From positions 396,980-460,979 of the forward strand of contig CAVRJJ010000005.1 in the NCBI GenBank assembly GCA_963721685.1: DNA of 64,000 nucleotides, written 5' to 3'. This document shows, one piece after another, positions 1-9,821 of this stretch. Position 1 is the stretch's first letter. Every line of letters begins with the position of its first letter. Origin of the DNA: an uncultured bacterium. GTDB lineage: Bacteria > Patescibacteriota > Saccharimonadia > UBA4664 > SCTI01. The notes under the pieces are model-generated. The model was not told the origin of the DNA. It ran no database searches and saw nothing but the letters and a program-made list of their open reading frames with translations. The position numbers were made by a program, and so were the translations under genes.

Positions 1-17
1 GCTATGTAAAGAAATCG

Positions 18-872
18 ATGGGAGTATTGTCGTTTAACTTTGAAACCCTCAAAGTCCCCAACCGCATTAAAAACACGACTGTCGCGGTGGATGTTGACAG
101 CGATTTTATACTTGAAGGTAAACGTTCAAAGGTTAATTACGCTACTCCCGCTACGACCGAGCTTAGCAAAGGCGACTCGCTTGCCGCCGGAGCCAGTGCC
201 AGCAGCTTGCGGGCTTTTTCTGATTCCATCGGAACAGACGGGGCTTTAATTAAGGAAGCCAAAAACCTTTCGGCGAATGAAACCTTCACGGTGAAGGGCC
301 GCTATGCCGAGTCGGCCTGGCGCCTCAATCTTGGAAGAATGGTAGTCTCACTCGTAGTTTTGGCCGCGGTAGTTACCGTGCTGATTTGGTTACTGCGCCG
401 TTACCGCCGCAAGCACGCGGGTGGTGTAAGACCGCAGGCAGCGACAACCACTGCCAGTACTGCAAGTACAACCCCTAGTACCCAGAACCATCCGCCACTC
501 AGCCTCACAAATCCCGCCTATATCCTGGCCGGGTTTGTTTCAGCAGCGCTGGTAATGGCCGGTACCGTTGGGCTGAGTATTTATATCAAATCCAGCGAGA
601 GCAATTACAATTACGATCCTGATCCCATGTCCGTCATCATATTTTCGCTACTAGCCATTATCTTCTACGTGCTTTCCATCTTGGGCCCAGCGATATGGAT
701 GGCCTCGGCCAAGCGTGATTGGCGAATTTTCATTTATGTTATCGTGTGGGAGTTTGGGTGGCTACTTCTATTCATGCTGTTTTACCAGTTTGGCTACAAA
801 GGACTTATTGATGATGGGTCATCGGTGTCTCCCGGCCAACCTATTCCCCTGAATGATTGCCTTAACTGCTAA
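18..872 (+). CDS. Hypothetical multi-pass membrane protein, probably 5'-truncated by the window edge
   Basis: 284-aa ORF with four hydrophobic segments and a Thr/Ser-rich linker; the frame is open to the window start. Confidence 0.7.
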   Translation: MGVLSFNFETLKVPNRIKNTTVAVDVDSDFILEGKRSKVNYATPATTELSKGDSLAAGASASSLRAFSDSIGTDGALIKEAKNLSANETFTVKGRYAESAWRLNLGRMVVSLVVLAAVVTVLIWLLRRYRRKHAGGVRPQAATTTASTASTTPSTQNHPPLSLTNPAYILAGFVSAALVMAGTVGLSIYIKSSESNYNYDPDPMSVIIFSLLAIIFYVLSILGPAIWMASAKRDWRIFIYVIVWEFGWLLLFMLFYQFGYKGLIDDGSSVSPGQPIPLNDCLNC

Positions 873-913
873 ATAGCGGAGTATACTTAGAAGTAAACTA
901 AGGAGGCAATTAT

Positions 914-1291
914 ATGTTAGAAGGTAGCCACGCGTTTAGCAGCTTTTCAGTTAATGATCTGGCGGCGGCCAAAGAATTTTACGGCCAGACATTGGGGATT
1001 GAAGTAAGTGAGGATGAGATGGGTCTCACCTTAAAAATTGCCGGGGGAAACAATATCTTTATATACCCCAAGGACGACCATGCTCCCGCCACGTTCACCG
1101 TTTTGAATTTTCCGGTTGATGATATTGACGCGGCGGTTAACGGGTTAAAAAGTAAGGGTGTTACGTTAGAGCACAATGAGATGACCAATGAAGACGGAAT
1201 TGCCCGCGGCATCGCGGCGAACATGGGTCCGGACATCGCTTGGTTTAAAGACCCGGCCGGCAATTTTCTTTCGGTATTGCACGGAGCGTAA
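914..1291 (+). CDS. VOC/glyoxalase/bleomycin-resistance family protein
   Basis: [16 protein letters not shown] and AWFKDPAGN motifs; SD AAGGAGG upstream. Confidence 0.9.
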   Translation: MLEGSHAFSSFSVNDLAAAKEFYGQTLGIEVSEDEMGLTLKIAGGNNIFIYPKDDHAPATFTVLNFPVDDIDAAVNGLKSKGVTLEHNEMTNEDGIARGIAANMGPDIAWFKDPAGNFLSVLHGA

Positions 1292-1341
1292 GGAGCTTAG
1301 AAACGGAGGGCTGTTGATAAGGCCACACCTTAGTGCTTAAT

Positions 1342-1593
1342 CTACTGTTGGTTATTAAGGCGATTAGGTAAGTTGCATGGGCTATTACGGCATTCTGTGG
1401 GATAGTCGGCATCATTACTTTTATCTAACTGTTCTTGCTCCTCTTGCGTAAGCTGCTTTTGCTGCCCTGAGTTCGTGCCCTTCTGCGCTACTTGTTGCTG
1501 ATAGATAAATAGCCCCGCCCCAATTGCCACTAGCAAAGCTAAGGCTATGCAAATTGAAATAATTATTGGTAACTGCTTGTTTGCTGTGCTCAT
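1342..1593 (-). CDS. Small membrane-anchored hypothetical protein
   Basis: N-terminal TM helix, Gln-rich linker, C-terminal Cys pair; TATAAT shortly upstream. Confidence 0.65.
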   Translation of the reverse strand: MSTANKQLPIIISICIALALLVAIGAGLFIYQQQVAQKGTNSGQQKQLTQEEQEQLDKSNDADYPTECRNSPCNLPNRLNNQQ

Positions 1594-1755
1594 TACAGCC
1601 TATCATTATACAATTTGATTAAAATTATAGTCTAGGGCAAATGCCCGTGGAAGTCATCTGCATTTACCTGGTATTATGCTTAGCATGACATTCAAAGGAT
1701 TCTAATTTTCTCCAGTAGTGACCTAACCACGCCTAAGCTGGCGTTTATCTAATCT

Positions 1756-2265
1756 ATGGAGAAAATTATGGACCATAATATATTATACCCGATGGTAAGA
1801 ACCACGCTTGATGAAATAGGAATTGAATACGAAGTCCTTGAATGTGACCCTAAACTTGCCGATACCACGGCGTTCTGCGAGCACTACGGTTTCGCTTTAG
1901 CGCAGGCTGCTAATACCATAGTGGTAGCGTCGAGAAAGATTGAGCCGACCAAGTATGCCGTTTGTGTGGCTCTCGCCACAACGCGGCTTGATGTTAATAA
2001 GAAAGTCTCTGAACTATTGGGCGTAAAGCGGCTGTCGTTTGCAGATAGCGAAACAACTCAGCGCCTGACCGGCATGATGATAGGAGGCGTTACCGCTATT
2101 GGCATTAAAGATTTGCCTATTTACGTGGACGCGGCAGTGATGGAGCAAAAGAAGGTAGTGATGGGCGGTGGCAATCGGTCGAGCAAAGTTTTGCTTGATC
2201 CGCGGGAGCTTTTGAAATTGAAAGAGCTAGAGGTGGTGGAAAGGCTAGCTAAGGCAAAAGAGTAA
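1756..2265 (+). CDS. YbaK/EbsC (aminoacyl-tRNA deacylase-like) family protein
   Basis: TGMMIGGVTAIG and GGGNRSSK motifs. Confidence 0.85.
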   Translation: MEKIMDHNILYPMVRTTLDEIGIEYEVLECDPKLADTTAFCEHYGFALAQAANTIVVASRKIEPTKYAVCVALATTRLDVNKKVSELLGVKRLSFADSETTQRLTGMMIGGVTAIGIKDLPIYVDAAVMEQKKVVMGGGNRSSKVLLDPRELLKLKELEVVERLAKAKE

Positions 2266-2343
2266 TACGAAGGTTTTAGTATGCATGGGGTCGAGGTGCC
2301 CGGGGAGCCACTTGACCCCCCGGGTCCTCAAGCGCGCTAGGCG

Positions 2344-2463
2344 CTAGTTGCTGGAGCTGAGGATGCTCAGCTCCGCTTGGGGCTGGGTCGGACGCATTCG
2401 AACAGCGCGGTCCAACATCTCGCGGGCGCCCTGATCCTGATCCTTCTGGGTGGCGGAAGCCAT
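2344..2463 (-). CDS. 39-aa orphan peptide (not in the ORF track)
   Basis: MASATQKDQDQGAREMLDRAVRMRPTQPQAELSILSSSN; SD GAGGAGG upstream; GC-rich hairpins downstream. Confidence 0.45.
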   Translation of the reverse strand: MASATQKDQDQGAREMLDRAVRMRPTQPQAELSILSSSN

Positions 2464-2734
2464 GTGGCTCCTCCTCGTTGTTTACTGCGCCAAAATTAGC
2501 ACAGAGTCTAAAAGGCTACCACTTTCGAGAGGGCTTATATGCTAGTAGAGCTCATGAAAATCCGATTTAATAACGTAAACGTTTTGTAATATGTATCTGG
2601 TAAGCATCAGTTGAGTATAGAGTATAAGGTTAAAATAAGCGCCAAGTAGCTACAGGCGACAGTAGAACCATATTTGCCGGTGCTTATTTATTGGAAATCC
2701 TGTAAACTGGCCTCTTAATACTAAGGAGAAGGCC

Positions 2735-3277
2735 GTGGCAAATCAATCAGCTCAGCTCAATAGCTTTGCCATCGATACAAGGGAAGACCTCGTAATTAAT
2801 GCCATCGAAATATTTGACACAATAAAACATTCGCTAGTGGTGCTGAATAAAGACTTAAACGTGGTAATGGCAAATGCCGCCTTTTACAAAACTTTCCAGG
2901 TTACCCGCGAAGAAACTGAGGGTAATCGTATTTACAATATTGGTAACGGCCAATGGAATATAGACAAATTAAAAATACTCCTTGAGAAAATTATTCCCCA
3001 AAATAAGGCTGTAGATGATTACGAGGTTAGCCATAATTTTAATACCATCGGCGAAAAGGTGATGCTCTTAAACGCGCGGGAAATAGTTCGCCAAGATAAC
3101 CGGCAAGAAGTGATATTGCTTGCGATCGAGGATATTACCTATAGCAAAATGTTAGAGCAACAGGCGAAAGACGCTGAGTCTCACATTAATACCATTCTTG
3201 AAAAGCTTGTTGGATCCGCCGTGCGGTACACTGGTGGAACTGCCCCGCAAACTTCTCCCAAGAAAAAGAAAGCATAG
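2735..3277 (+). CDS. Stand-alone PAS-domain protein
   Basis: LVVLNKDLNVVMANAAFYKTF...ILLAIEDIT, a PAS type seen in CheR/HK hybrids; SD AAGGAG, GTG start. Confidence 0.8.
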   Translation: MANQSAQLNSFAIDTREDLVINAIEIFDTIKHSLVVLNKDLNVVMANAAFYKTFQVTREETEGNRIYNIGNGQWNIDKLKILLEKIIPQNKAVDDYEVSHNFNTIGEKVMLLNAREIVRQDNRQEVILLAIEDITYSKMLEQQAKDAESHINTILEKLVGSAVRYTGGTAPQTSPKKKKA

Positions 3278-3301
3278 TTTTGCAAGCCTAAGCCCACTCA
3301 C

Positions 3302-3330
3302 TTGACTTATTAATGGATCTATGATATAAA
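3302..3330 (+). promoter_or_regulatory. Sigma70-like promoter
   Basis: TTGACT-N17-TATAAA. Confidence 0.55.
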
Positions 3331-3462
3331 TAACAGATTCGGCGTGACAAAGTATGGTCATGCCGGTAGCACGGCGCAGCTAGGTTTTTAGTGCGTTTCA
3401 GTTTCGCAATCGTCCTAGTCAACCTCTTTCCTCGTGGAAAGAAACCAAGCAAGGGGGCTGGT

Positions 3463-3744
3463 ATGCAGTGCAGTGAGACGGGAAAGGCATTCGAGGACAC
3501 GAACGCCGTCTTCGCGGTTGTTGATTCCGCGGGGAGGACCATCGCGATGGTCTCCAAGGAGGTGGTGCTCGCAATCCCATCGGATAGGCGAGAATGGGAA
3601 GACAGATGTACTGAAGGAAGCTCGGGCGCGAACATCCATAGGACGGTCTATGACGCGGGGCACTTCCATGTCGATGACTTCGTCTTCTCGATTACTCGGC
3701 GCGTGCTCGAAAGGCATTTGCCGAATGTCGCCAGCATCTCCTGA
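3463..3744 (+). CDS. GC-rich orphan hypothetical protein (93 aa)
   Basis: ATG preceded by AAGGGGG; lies between a promoter and a terminator. Confidence 0.5.
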   Translation: MQCSETGKAFEDTNAVFAVVDSAGRTIAMVSKEVVLAIPSDRREWEDRCTEGSSGANIHRTVYDAGHFHVDDFVFSITRRVLERHLPNVASIS

Positions 3745-3811
3745 AGTGGCACACCACCAGGGCAGACTCGTATCTGGCGAGTACAAATGGCATTTTCCGC
3801 CATCTGCCCCA

Positions 3812-3845
3812 GCCCCATGAGGCGCAAAACCCTATGGGGCTTTTT
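3812..3845 (+). terminator. Intrinsic terminator
   Basis: GCCCCATGAGG...CCTATGGGGC followed by a T tract. Confidence 0.65.
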
Positions 3846-3891
3846 GCTACCAATTTTTAACACGAGGAAGCTGGTCTGTTAAGCTTGCTAC

Positions 3892-4278
3892 ATGGATCTA
3901 ACTGAAATTATAGGCAAAGTTGCAGGCGTAGTTGCCGTGTTGGCGTTTGTCCCCTACATCTGGAGTGTACTTAAGGGCAGCACTCAACCAAGCCGCGCAA
4001 GTTGGTTAATATGGTCTGTCTTAGGTGTAAGTATTCTTGCCGACCTATTTGCTGGTATTCCTACCTTAATTAAAGCGTGGAAATTTCCGGATACCCAGAG
4101 TACTAATGTTTATCGCAACGGCGCATTGAGCGCGATAATCACTCTGCTTATTATTGATAACTGGACGTATGCTGCGTATGGATTTCCCGTATACATATTG
4201 GTTATTTGCGCACTACTTTATGTCTTCATCAAGTTCAGAGTCGGAATAAGGCTCAAGCCTGTAAAGACCGTGGCTTAA
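3892..4278 (+). CDS. Small membrane protein (PQ-loop-like), possibly internally deleted
   Basis: PYIWSVLKGSTQPSRASWLIW and IPTLIKAWKFP repeats; four TM segments. Confidence 0.6.
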   Translation: MDLTEIIGKVAGVVAVLAFVPYIWSVLKGSTQPSRASWLIWSVLGVSILADLFAGIPTLIKAWKFPDTQSTNVYRNGALSAIITLLIIDNWTYAAYGFPVYILVICALLYVFIKFRVGIRLKPVKTVA

Positions 4279-4376
4279 AAATGATCATTATCTATTTCGA
4301 AGCTCATTTAGCGGCCGGGGGGGGGCTGTAACTGCCTCATGGAAATGGCAACCTGGGTGGATCTATAAATTGACAT

Positions 4377-4798
4377 CTATTTCCAGGCCTGGAGGCCTTT
4401 AGTCGCTGCTTGCAGCACTTCGCGATTGCCATAAAGTCCTATCCCTAAATACTCAATTTCGCCAGCGTTTTTTTGTGACAAAGCATTTTGTAGCTCTTCA
4501 TCATCCAACAGTTCGACCATCTCGCGAGTAAATCCCATCCATTGTATATCAGCTGCTTGGCTTTGCGCGTAACCCTGCGCAGGTCTTTTGCGTCTGCCCT
4601 TAAGATGGCGATACCGTATTGAGTGTTACGAGGAATTTCAATTCCATCTGCAGTGATAAAAGAGGGGCCAGTCGAAAAATTATTGCCGAGTGAATTACAA
4701 AAGTAACCAGCGATGTGGGCAGCAGTATTGAGTAGCTGCCACTCGGGCAGATCTTTACGCATACAGATGGTGATTTTATTGGTAAAGTCTTGTGCCAT
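4377..4798 (-). pseudogene. DUF2000-like (PTH2-fold) protein, frameshifted near 4550
   Basis: N-terminus KITICMRKDLPEWQLLNTAAH continues in another frame as EIEYLGIGLYGNREVLQAATKGLQAWK-stop. Confidence 0.65.
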
Positions 4799-4817
4799 GC
4801 ATCGATATTACCAGATA

Positions 4818-4986
4818 GGATTCCAAATCAGAACGATGGTTATGTTTTTTGTGGCTTCGCAAAGCCAATAATTGCATGGTGAACTACCGTGTATCGAATT
4901 GGAACCAAATCAAGAGAGAACTGGTCGCCTGGTATAAAGTTTTAGATGGAAGTGAGCTTCAAGCAATTACGAGAGGGTAGTGGAAC
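4818..4986. repeat. att-like junction repeat, copy 1
   Basis: 20-nt exact match (4852-4871) to 7619-7638; 15-nt exact match (4868-4882) to 10476-10490; ~100 nt further similarity to copy 2. Confidence 0.85.
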
Positions 4987-6214
4987 CTCCTTTCTTTACA
5001 GCTAGGTACCTAAGCACTAGCAGGCCTAGCACCGCACTTATGGCAGAGGCGGCAAAGATACTTAGTTTGGAAATAGTTGCAAGCTGCTCTCCAGTAAAGG
5101 CAAGCTCTGTTACAAATATAGATACGGTAAAGCCTATTCCTGCCAGTAGTCCGGCTCCAAGTATGTGCATCCAGTTTGTGCTTGTTGGTAATGACGAAAA
5201 CCCTAACTTTATTATTAACCAGGATCCTAGTAATACGCCTATGGTCTTGCCAGCAACTAAGCCTAGAATAATGCCTCCAGTCAGCGGCAGGGCAGCGTCA
5301 TGCGGGAACGCATCAAATGATAGGGGGATGCCAGTATTGGCAAAGGCGAAGAGGGGGACGACTACAAGGGTGGAGGCTGGTATAGTAAATCGTTCTAAGC
5401 GTTCGGCTAAAGGCTCGCCACTTTTTCTTCTTTTTACCGGGGCAAGCAATCCAAGTAAGGCTCCAGCTATGCTAGGATGAATCCCCGAAGCCTGCAAGGT
5501 CAACCAAAGCAAGATTCCGGCAATAATAAAGACGGGCATGTTGAGTAACTTCATCTTGGCGAGCAATAATACCAAGCCCGAAAGTAGCGCTGCCGCTAAT
5601 AACATGGCGAAATTCGCATCTACTGAATAAAAAAGACCTATTACAATGACCGTTCCCACATCATCTACAATGGCCAGGGTTAAAAGAAAAAGTCGTAGGG
5701 AGGTTGGTATGCGATCACCCAGTAAGGCTAAGAAGCCTATCGCGATAGCAATGTCGGTGGCAGTTGGAATTGCCCATCCTCGGGCTGTCTCCAGTCCAGC
5801 ATTTATTGCGAGGAAGATTATCGCCGGAACAATCATGCCCCCAATGGCCGCGGCGATCGGTAGTAGTGCAGTACCACGATCACGTAACTTGCCCTTAACA
5901 AGCTCGCGCTTTAATTCCAGCCCAACTACCAGAAAGAAAATTGCCATGAGGCCTTCATTGATCCAATGACGCAGGTCTAGCGAAAGAACCCAATCCCCAA
6001 AACCGATAGGCAGGTTGGTGTGCCAAAGGGCATCATATACCGGCTTCATGCTGGTATTAGCGATCAAAAGTGCTAAGGCTGTTGTTGCCAGTATGAGCTT
6101 GCCGCTAATCGCTTCATCTTTAAGTAAGTATGAAGTAAGTTCGGATACTCGGGTTTTATGGAGTATTTTTACAATGTGTATGATTTTGTTTTTCAGGATA
6201 TATCCAGCCGCCAT
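4967..6214 (-). CDS. nhaA: Na+/H+ antiporter NhaA
   Basis: WINEGLMAIFF, GWAIPTATDIA, LAIVDD and GIGFTVSIF motifs. Confidence 0.95.
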   Translation of the reverse strand: MAAGYILKNKIIHIVKILHKTRVSELTSYLLKDEAISGKLILATTALALLIANTSMKPVYDALWHTNLPIGFGDWVLSLDLRHWINEGLMAIFFLVVGLELKRELVKGKLRDRGTALLPIAAAIGGMIVPAIIFLAINAGLETARGWAIPTATDIAIAIGFLALLGDRIPTSLRLFLLTLAIVDDVGTVIVIGLFYSVDANFAMLLAAALLSGLVLLLAKMKLLNMPVFIIAGILLWLTLQASGIHPSIAGALLGLLAPVKRRKSGEPLAERLERFTIPASTLVVVPLFAFANTGIPLSFDAFPHDAALPLTGGIILGLVAGKTIGVLLGSWLIIKLGFSSLPTSTNWMHILGAGLLAGIGFTVSIFVTELAFTGEQLATISKLSIFAASAISAVLGLLVLRYLAVKKGGSTTLS

Positions 6215-6216
6215 TA

Positions 6217-6263
6217 ATAGTATTTGCTGACCAGACTTCCCAGCACGCCTCCTCCATACTAAT
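6217..6263 (-). promoter_or_regulatory. Candidate structured leader / riboswitch-like element upstream of nhaA
   Basis: UAGUAU/AUACUA outer stem enclosing a UGCUG/CAGCA hairpin with GGAAGUCUGGU loop. Confidence 0.4.
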
Positions 6264-6327
6264 TGAGACGGTGTCTTAAAGCCAATTCACAGATATGGTG
6301 TCCTGGTGCAGGTTAAAGTGAAATTAC

Positions 6328-7056
6328 TCAGTGGGGGAGGCTTTGCTCAAAATTGGATATAGGGTCATACCAGCCCTGCTCGAGCACGCAAGCTTGAAAG
6401 TCGTGATCAAGACCAAAAATGACGGCAATACCTACCAGCAAAAAAAGCACACCTATACCACGCATAAACCAACCATCTGAATCACTAGTTCTTGCCAAAC
6501 GGTTAGCTAATGGCTGCCCGATAAGCGTTATAAGCAGCAAAACGCTAGCGAGCCCAGTAGCATAGGCAATTAAGTAGATTAAGCCTGTGGTAAATGACTG
6601 AGGAATAACGGTTGCTACGATGAGGGCATAGGTAGGGCTACAGCTACTAAAGACTGGCCCAAGGGCAGCTCCAGTAAGTATATCGCGCTGAATGCCCCGC
6701 TGACTAGAAGCGCTGCTAAGCAAGCTATTTGCTCGTATATTTAAGCGCAGCTTAGTTGCCAACTTCTCCCAGCTTTTCGGGAATGCAAGGCTGACGCCAA
6801 GAGCGATTACAATAATGCCGGAAAGAATCTTCCAAACCTCTACCGGTACACCCAATAGAGCAGTGCTAACTTTAAGAAGTAGCGTGAATAGAACGATAGA
6901 TACTGCCAGGCTGGCAACAATGACAAGAGGACGATACCAGCTCTTCTGCTGACCGAGAGCTATTGAACCCCCAACAATTACCGGAATGAGCGGTAAAATA
7001 CAAGGAGCCATGACCGTTAAGACTCCTGCTAAAAACGAAACTACCAGAAGTGTCAT
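6328..7056 (-). CDS. CcdA/DsbD-like cytochrome c biogenesis / thiol-disulfide membrane protein
   Basis: APCILPLIP and FSSCSPTY motifs; six TM segments. Confidence 0.9.
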   Translation of the reverse strand: MTLLVVSFLAGVLTVMAPCILPLIPVIVGGSIALGQQKSWYRPLVIVASLAVSIVLFTLLLKVSTALLGVPVEVWKILSGIIVIALGVSLAFPKSWEKLATKLRLNIRANSLLSSASSQRGIQRDILTGAALGPVFSSCSPTYALIVATVIPQSFTTGLIYLIAYATGLASVLLLITLIGQPLANRLARTSDSDGWFMRGIGVLFLLVGIAVIFGLDHDFQACVLEQGWYDPISNFEQSLPH

Positions 7057-7520
7057 TGGAGAATATTGGGAGTAATGGCTTGCAGTGTCGGATCGTCGTA
7101 AGCGACATATTTTTTAATCAAGTCGCCGTTATCATCGACCCGGACAAAGATAGTTTGAATTGTTACGCCGTACTTTTGGCGTAATTGCTGGTTTGAATCA
7201 TAGTCTACCTTAAAGATTGTGACATCATTTGGAACCTGGCCGGCCTTAATGCTCGCATCAAGCTGTCTGCACTGGGGACACCAAGGTGCATGGAAGAAAA
7301 GTACTTTGGTGCCTTAAGTAGAAGCAACGCTGTTCTCGGTGTAGTCGGTGTATGCACCAGGTGACGATGAGACACCCTTGGGTGTTTGGGTCTGCTGGCT
7401 GGACGGGGGAGGTTGCTTATGGACTTGGCCGTCTTCTGGATTGGCGAGGTAGATATAGGCAAAGGCGCCAGTAATTATAACAGCAATGCCAAGTGCAATT
7501 AATAAGGGTTTGCCTTTCAT
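7053..7520 (-). pseudogene. Membrane-anchored thioredoxin-like protein, frameshifted near 7316
   Basis: TM N-terminus continues in another frame to FFHAPWCPQC...KYGVTIQT; stop overlaps the ccdA ATG. Confidence 0.8.
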
Positions 7521-7587
7521 ATGCCAATTTTACGAGAATTACTGTCATATAGCGAATGGCTCGAACCGCTAAGCAAGCCTGTATGTT

Positions 7588-7750
7588 GGATCCAAAACTT
7601 GCTATGTAATTAAGATAATGGCTTCGCAAAGCCAATAAATGCTGGTGAACTATCAGATTTTGGATTGGCACCAAATCAAGAAGGAACTGATTGCCTGGTA
7701 TAAGGTTTTGGGGGAATACAGGTATTAGATATTACGAGCGTGTAGTGGAA
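7588..7750. repeat. att-like junction repeat, copy 2
   Basis: Aligns nearly ungapped with copy 1; TGGTGA core at 7643-7648. Confidence 0.85.
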
Positions 7751-8044
7751 TCATTTGTTATAAAGTGAGCGATATGGCAACTCAATCTATTATAAAGTAC
7801 TAAAAAGCGGTACCGATCAATATCGGGCTAATTAACCCTCTTATTCGTTGGCTGCTTTGTATAAGGTTCTTATGCTTTCACAATTTGCTTAAAAGTGATA
7901 AAACTATAGCGGCCCGAGTGTTTGCGGAAATCAGCTCATGATCAAAGGAGTCGAAGTGACAGGAACTGCGACAACTGCTGAACCCCTTGTGCTGACGGCT
8001 GTCAGGTTCTGGTCGGCGCGACCTTATCGGGGTAAGATAAGGGT

Positions 8045-8730
8045 ATGCGTATATTAGTTGTTGAAGACGAGCATAAGATTGCCAGATGCGATAAAAAGGG
8101 GGCTGGAGCAAGAATCATTTGCTGTCGATGTAGCCTACACCAGTGACGAGGGGGTGTCGATGGCTGACAACTGAAGATCTATGATGCAGTCGTTCGTAGA
8201 TCGTATGTTGCCAGGATTACTTGACGGCGTAGATATTGTTAAAGAAATGCGGCGCGAGCAGATTCATACTCCTGTACTCTTGTTGACTGCAAAAGATGGT
8301 ATAAGAAGATCGGGTAATCGGCCTGAATGCTGGCGCAGATGATTACCTGGTTAAGCCATTTGCATTTGCAGAACTTCTTGCGAGAGTTCGAGCATTACTT
8401 CGTCGCCCTCACGATTCTTTAGGAACTGTTTTGAAAATCGATGATCTTACGCTCGACACTAACAGTTTTGAGGTACAGCGAGCTGGGAATAAGATCGACT
8501 TAACAAGTAAAGAATTCGCTCTTTTAGAGTATTTGATGCGAAATCAAAATCAGACACTAACAAAGAGCAACATAATGAATCATGTTTGGGATTATGATGC
8601 AGATATCCTTCCAAATACAGTAGAGGTTTACATAGGGTATCTTCGCAATAAGATCGATAAGCCTTTTACGAGCCCATCGTTGATTCAGACTTCCAGAGGT
8701 TTTGGATATAAAATGGCAGTTGCTAAATAA
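8045..8730 (+). pseudogene. OmpR/PhoB-family response regulator, frameshifted
   Basis: MRILVVEDEHKIA start, GADDYLVKPF, then LTSKEFALLEYL...IQTSRGFGY. Confidence 0.85.
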
Positions 8731-9738
8731 TGTTCAAAAGTTCAGTAATAAAGCTCTCGGCTGCATATTTAGCTATATTGATGCTAATCTGTATTTTTTT
8801 CAGCATTATGGTTTACAGGGTGTCAACTGATTCGCTCGAGGAAAGTTTTCAGCGCCGAACACGGGCGCCTACAGCCTAGGTTCGGGCCTTTGCCTAGGGA
8901 GGAGTTTGAGCAGCTTCGAAATGAGCAGCTAGCCGAGGGGAGGTCGCGTATCATTATGAATCTGTTCGGTACTAATGTACTCATTTTAGTACTAGGGGGA
9001 CGCAGGTAGTTATTTATTGGCACAGCGAACCTTGCGTCCTATAGAGGAAGCGCTCGATGCTCAGAGTCGGTTTACGGCTGATGCCTCCCATGAATTGCGT
9101 ACTCCTCTCACTGCTATGCGAACTGAGATAGAGGTCAGCCTTACAGAGACAAGAAATTAAAAGTTGGGGAGGCGAGGGAATTACTTGATTCCAACTTAGA
9201 AGAAATCGACAAACTCCGAGAGCTTGCGAGTGGGCTATTAACATTATCCAGGCAGCAAAATGGGGATGCAATACCCTTTAGTGAACTACAGCTTAATACG
9301 ATTGCCAGAGAAGCACAGGAGCGACTATCTGGTGTTATAGCTAAGACGAATACAGTCATTAAGACCGAATCTGACGTGGAATATCCAGTCACAGGCGACC
9401 GTGAAAGCTTAATTAGGTTATTCGTGATACTTCTGGACAATGCAATTAAATACAGTAAAGAGACTCCTAATATCCTTATCTCCATCAAGCAGGATTCCCG
9501 AAAAGCAGTGGTCCAAATAAAGGATGAGGGCATAGGCATTAAAGCTTCTGATCTACCGCATATATTTAACAGGTTTTATCGTGCAGACACCTCTCGATCA
9601 AAGTCCACTGAAGGATACGGGTTGGGGCTTTCTATCGCTAAACAAATCGTAGATAGACATAAAGGCTCAATTAATGTTTCAAGTACTCCAGGGGAGGGTT
9701 CGTTAATTACTGTTAGTCTGCCTATAAAACCAGCTTAG
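8730..9738 (+). pseudogene. Sensor histidine kinase, frameshifted
   Basis: H-box DASHELRTPLT and HATPase LLDNAIKYS/DEGIGI/GYGLGLSI lie in different frames. Confidence 0.85.
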
Positions 9739-9821
9739 AATTCTAAGTCTAGGATCTTAAGCATTTTCTCAGACAAGTTTTTATGCTTGGAGAGTCATAA
9801 AGACGAAAGGAATAAAAAAGT

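Larger units (their letters stand above)
4877..7648. mobile_element. Putative integrase-less cassette A (nhaA, ccdA-like, thioredoxin-like)
   Basis: Bounded by TGGTGA cores inside repeat copies 1 and 2; 2766 bp core to core. Confidence 0.55.

Noticed and set aside
3760-3810. Purine riboswitch
   Set aside because: Similar topology, but it lacks the conserved junction nucleotides and lies 3' of an ORF
3849-3885. Fourth att-like arm marking the left end of the array
   Set aside because: Only faint resemblance (ACCAA...GAAGCTGGTC) and no TGGTGA core
4317-4325. G9 tract as a phase-variation switch
   Set aside because: It lies between convergent gene ends, not in a promoter or CDS
4818-7750. Classical integron attC sites or IS terminal inverted repeats
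   Set aside because: The repeats are direct, lack the RYYYAAC/GTTRRRY palindromic layout, and no IntI or transposase is present
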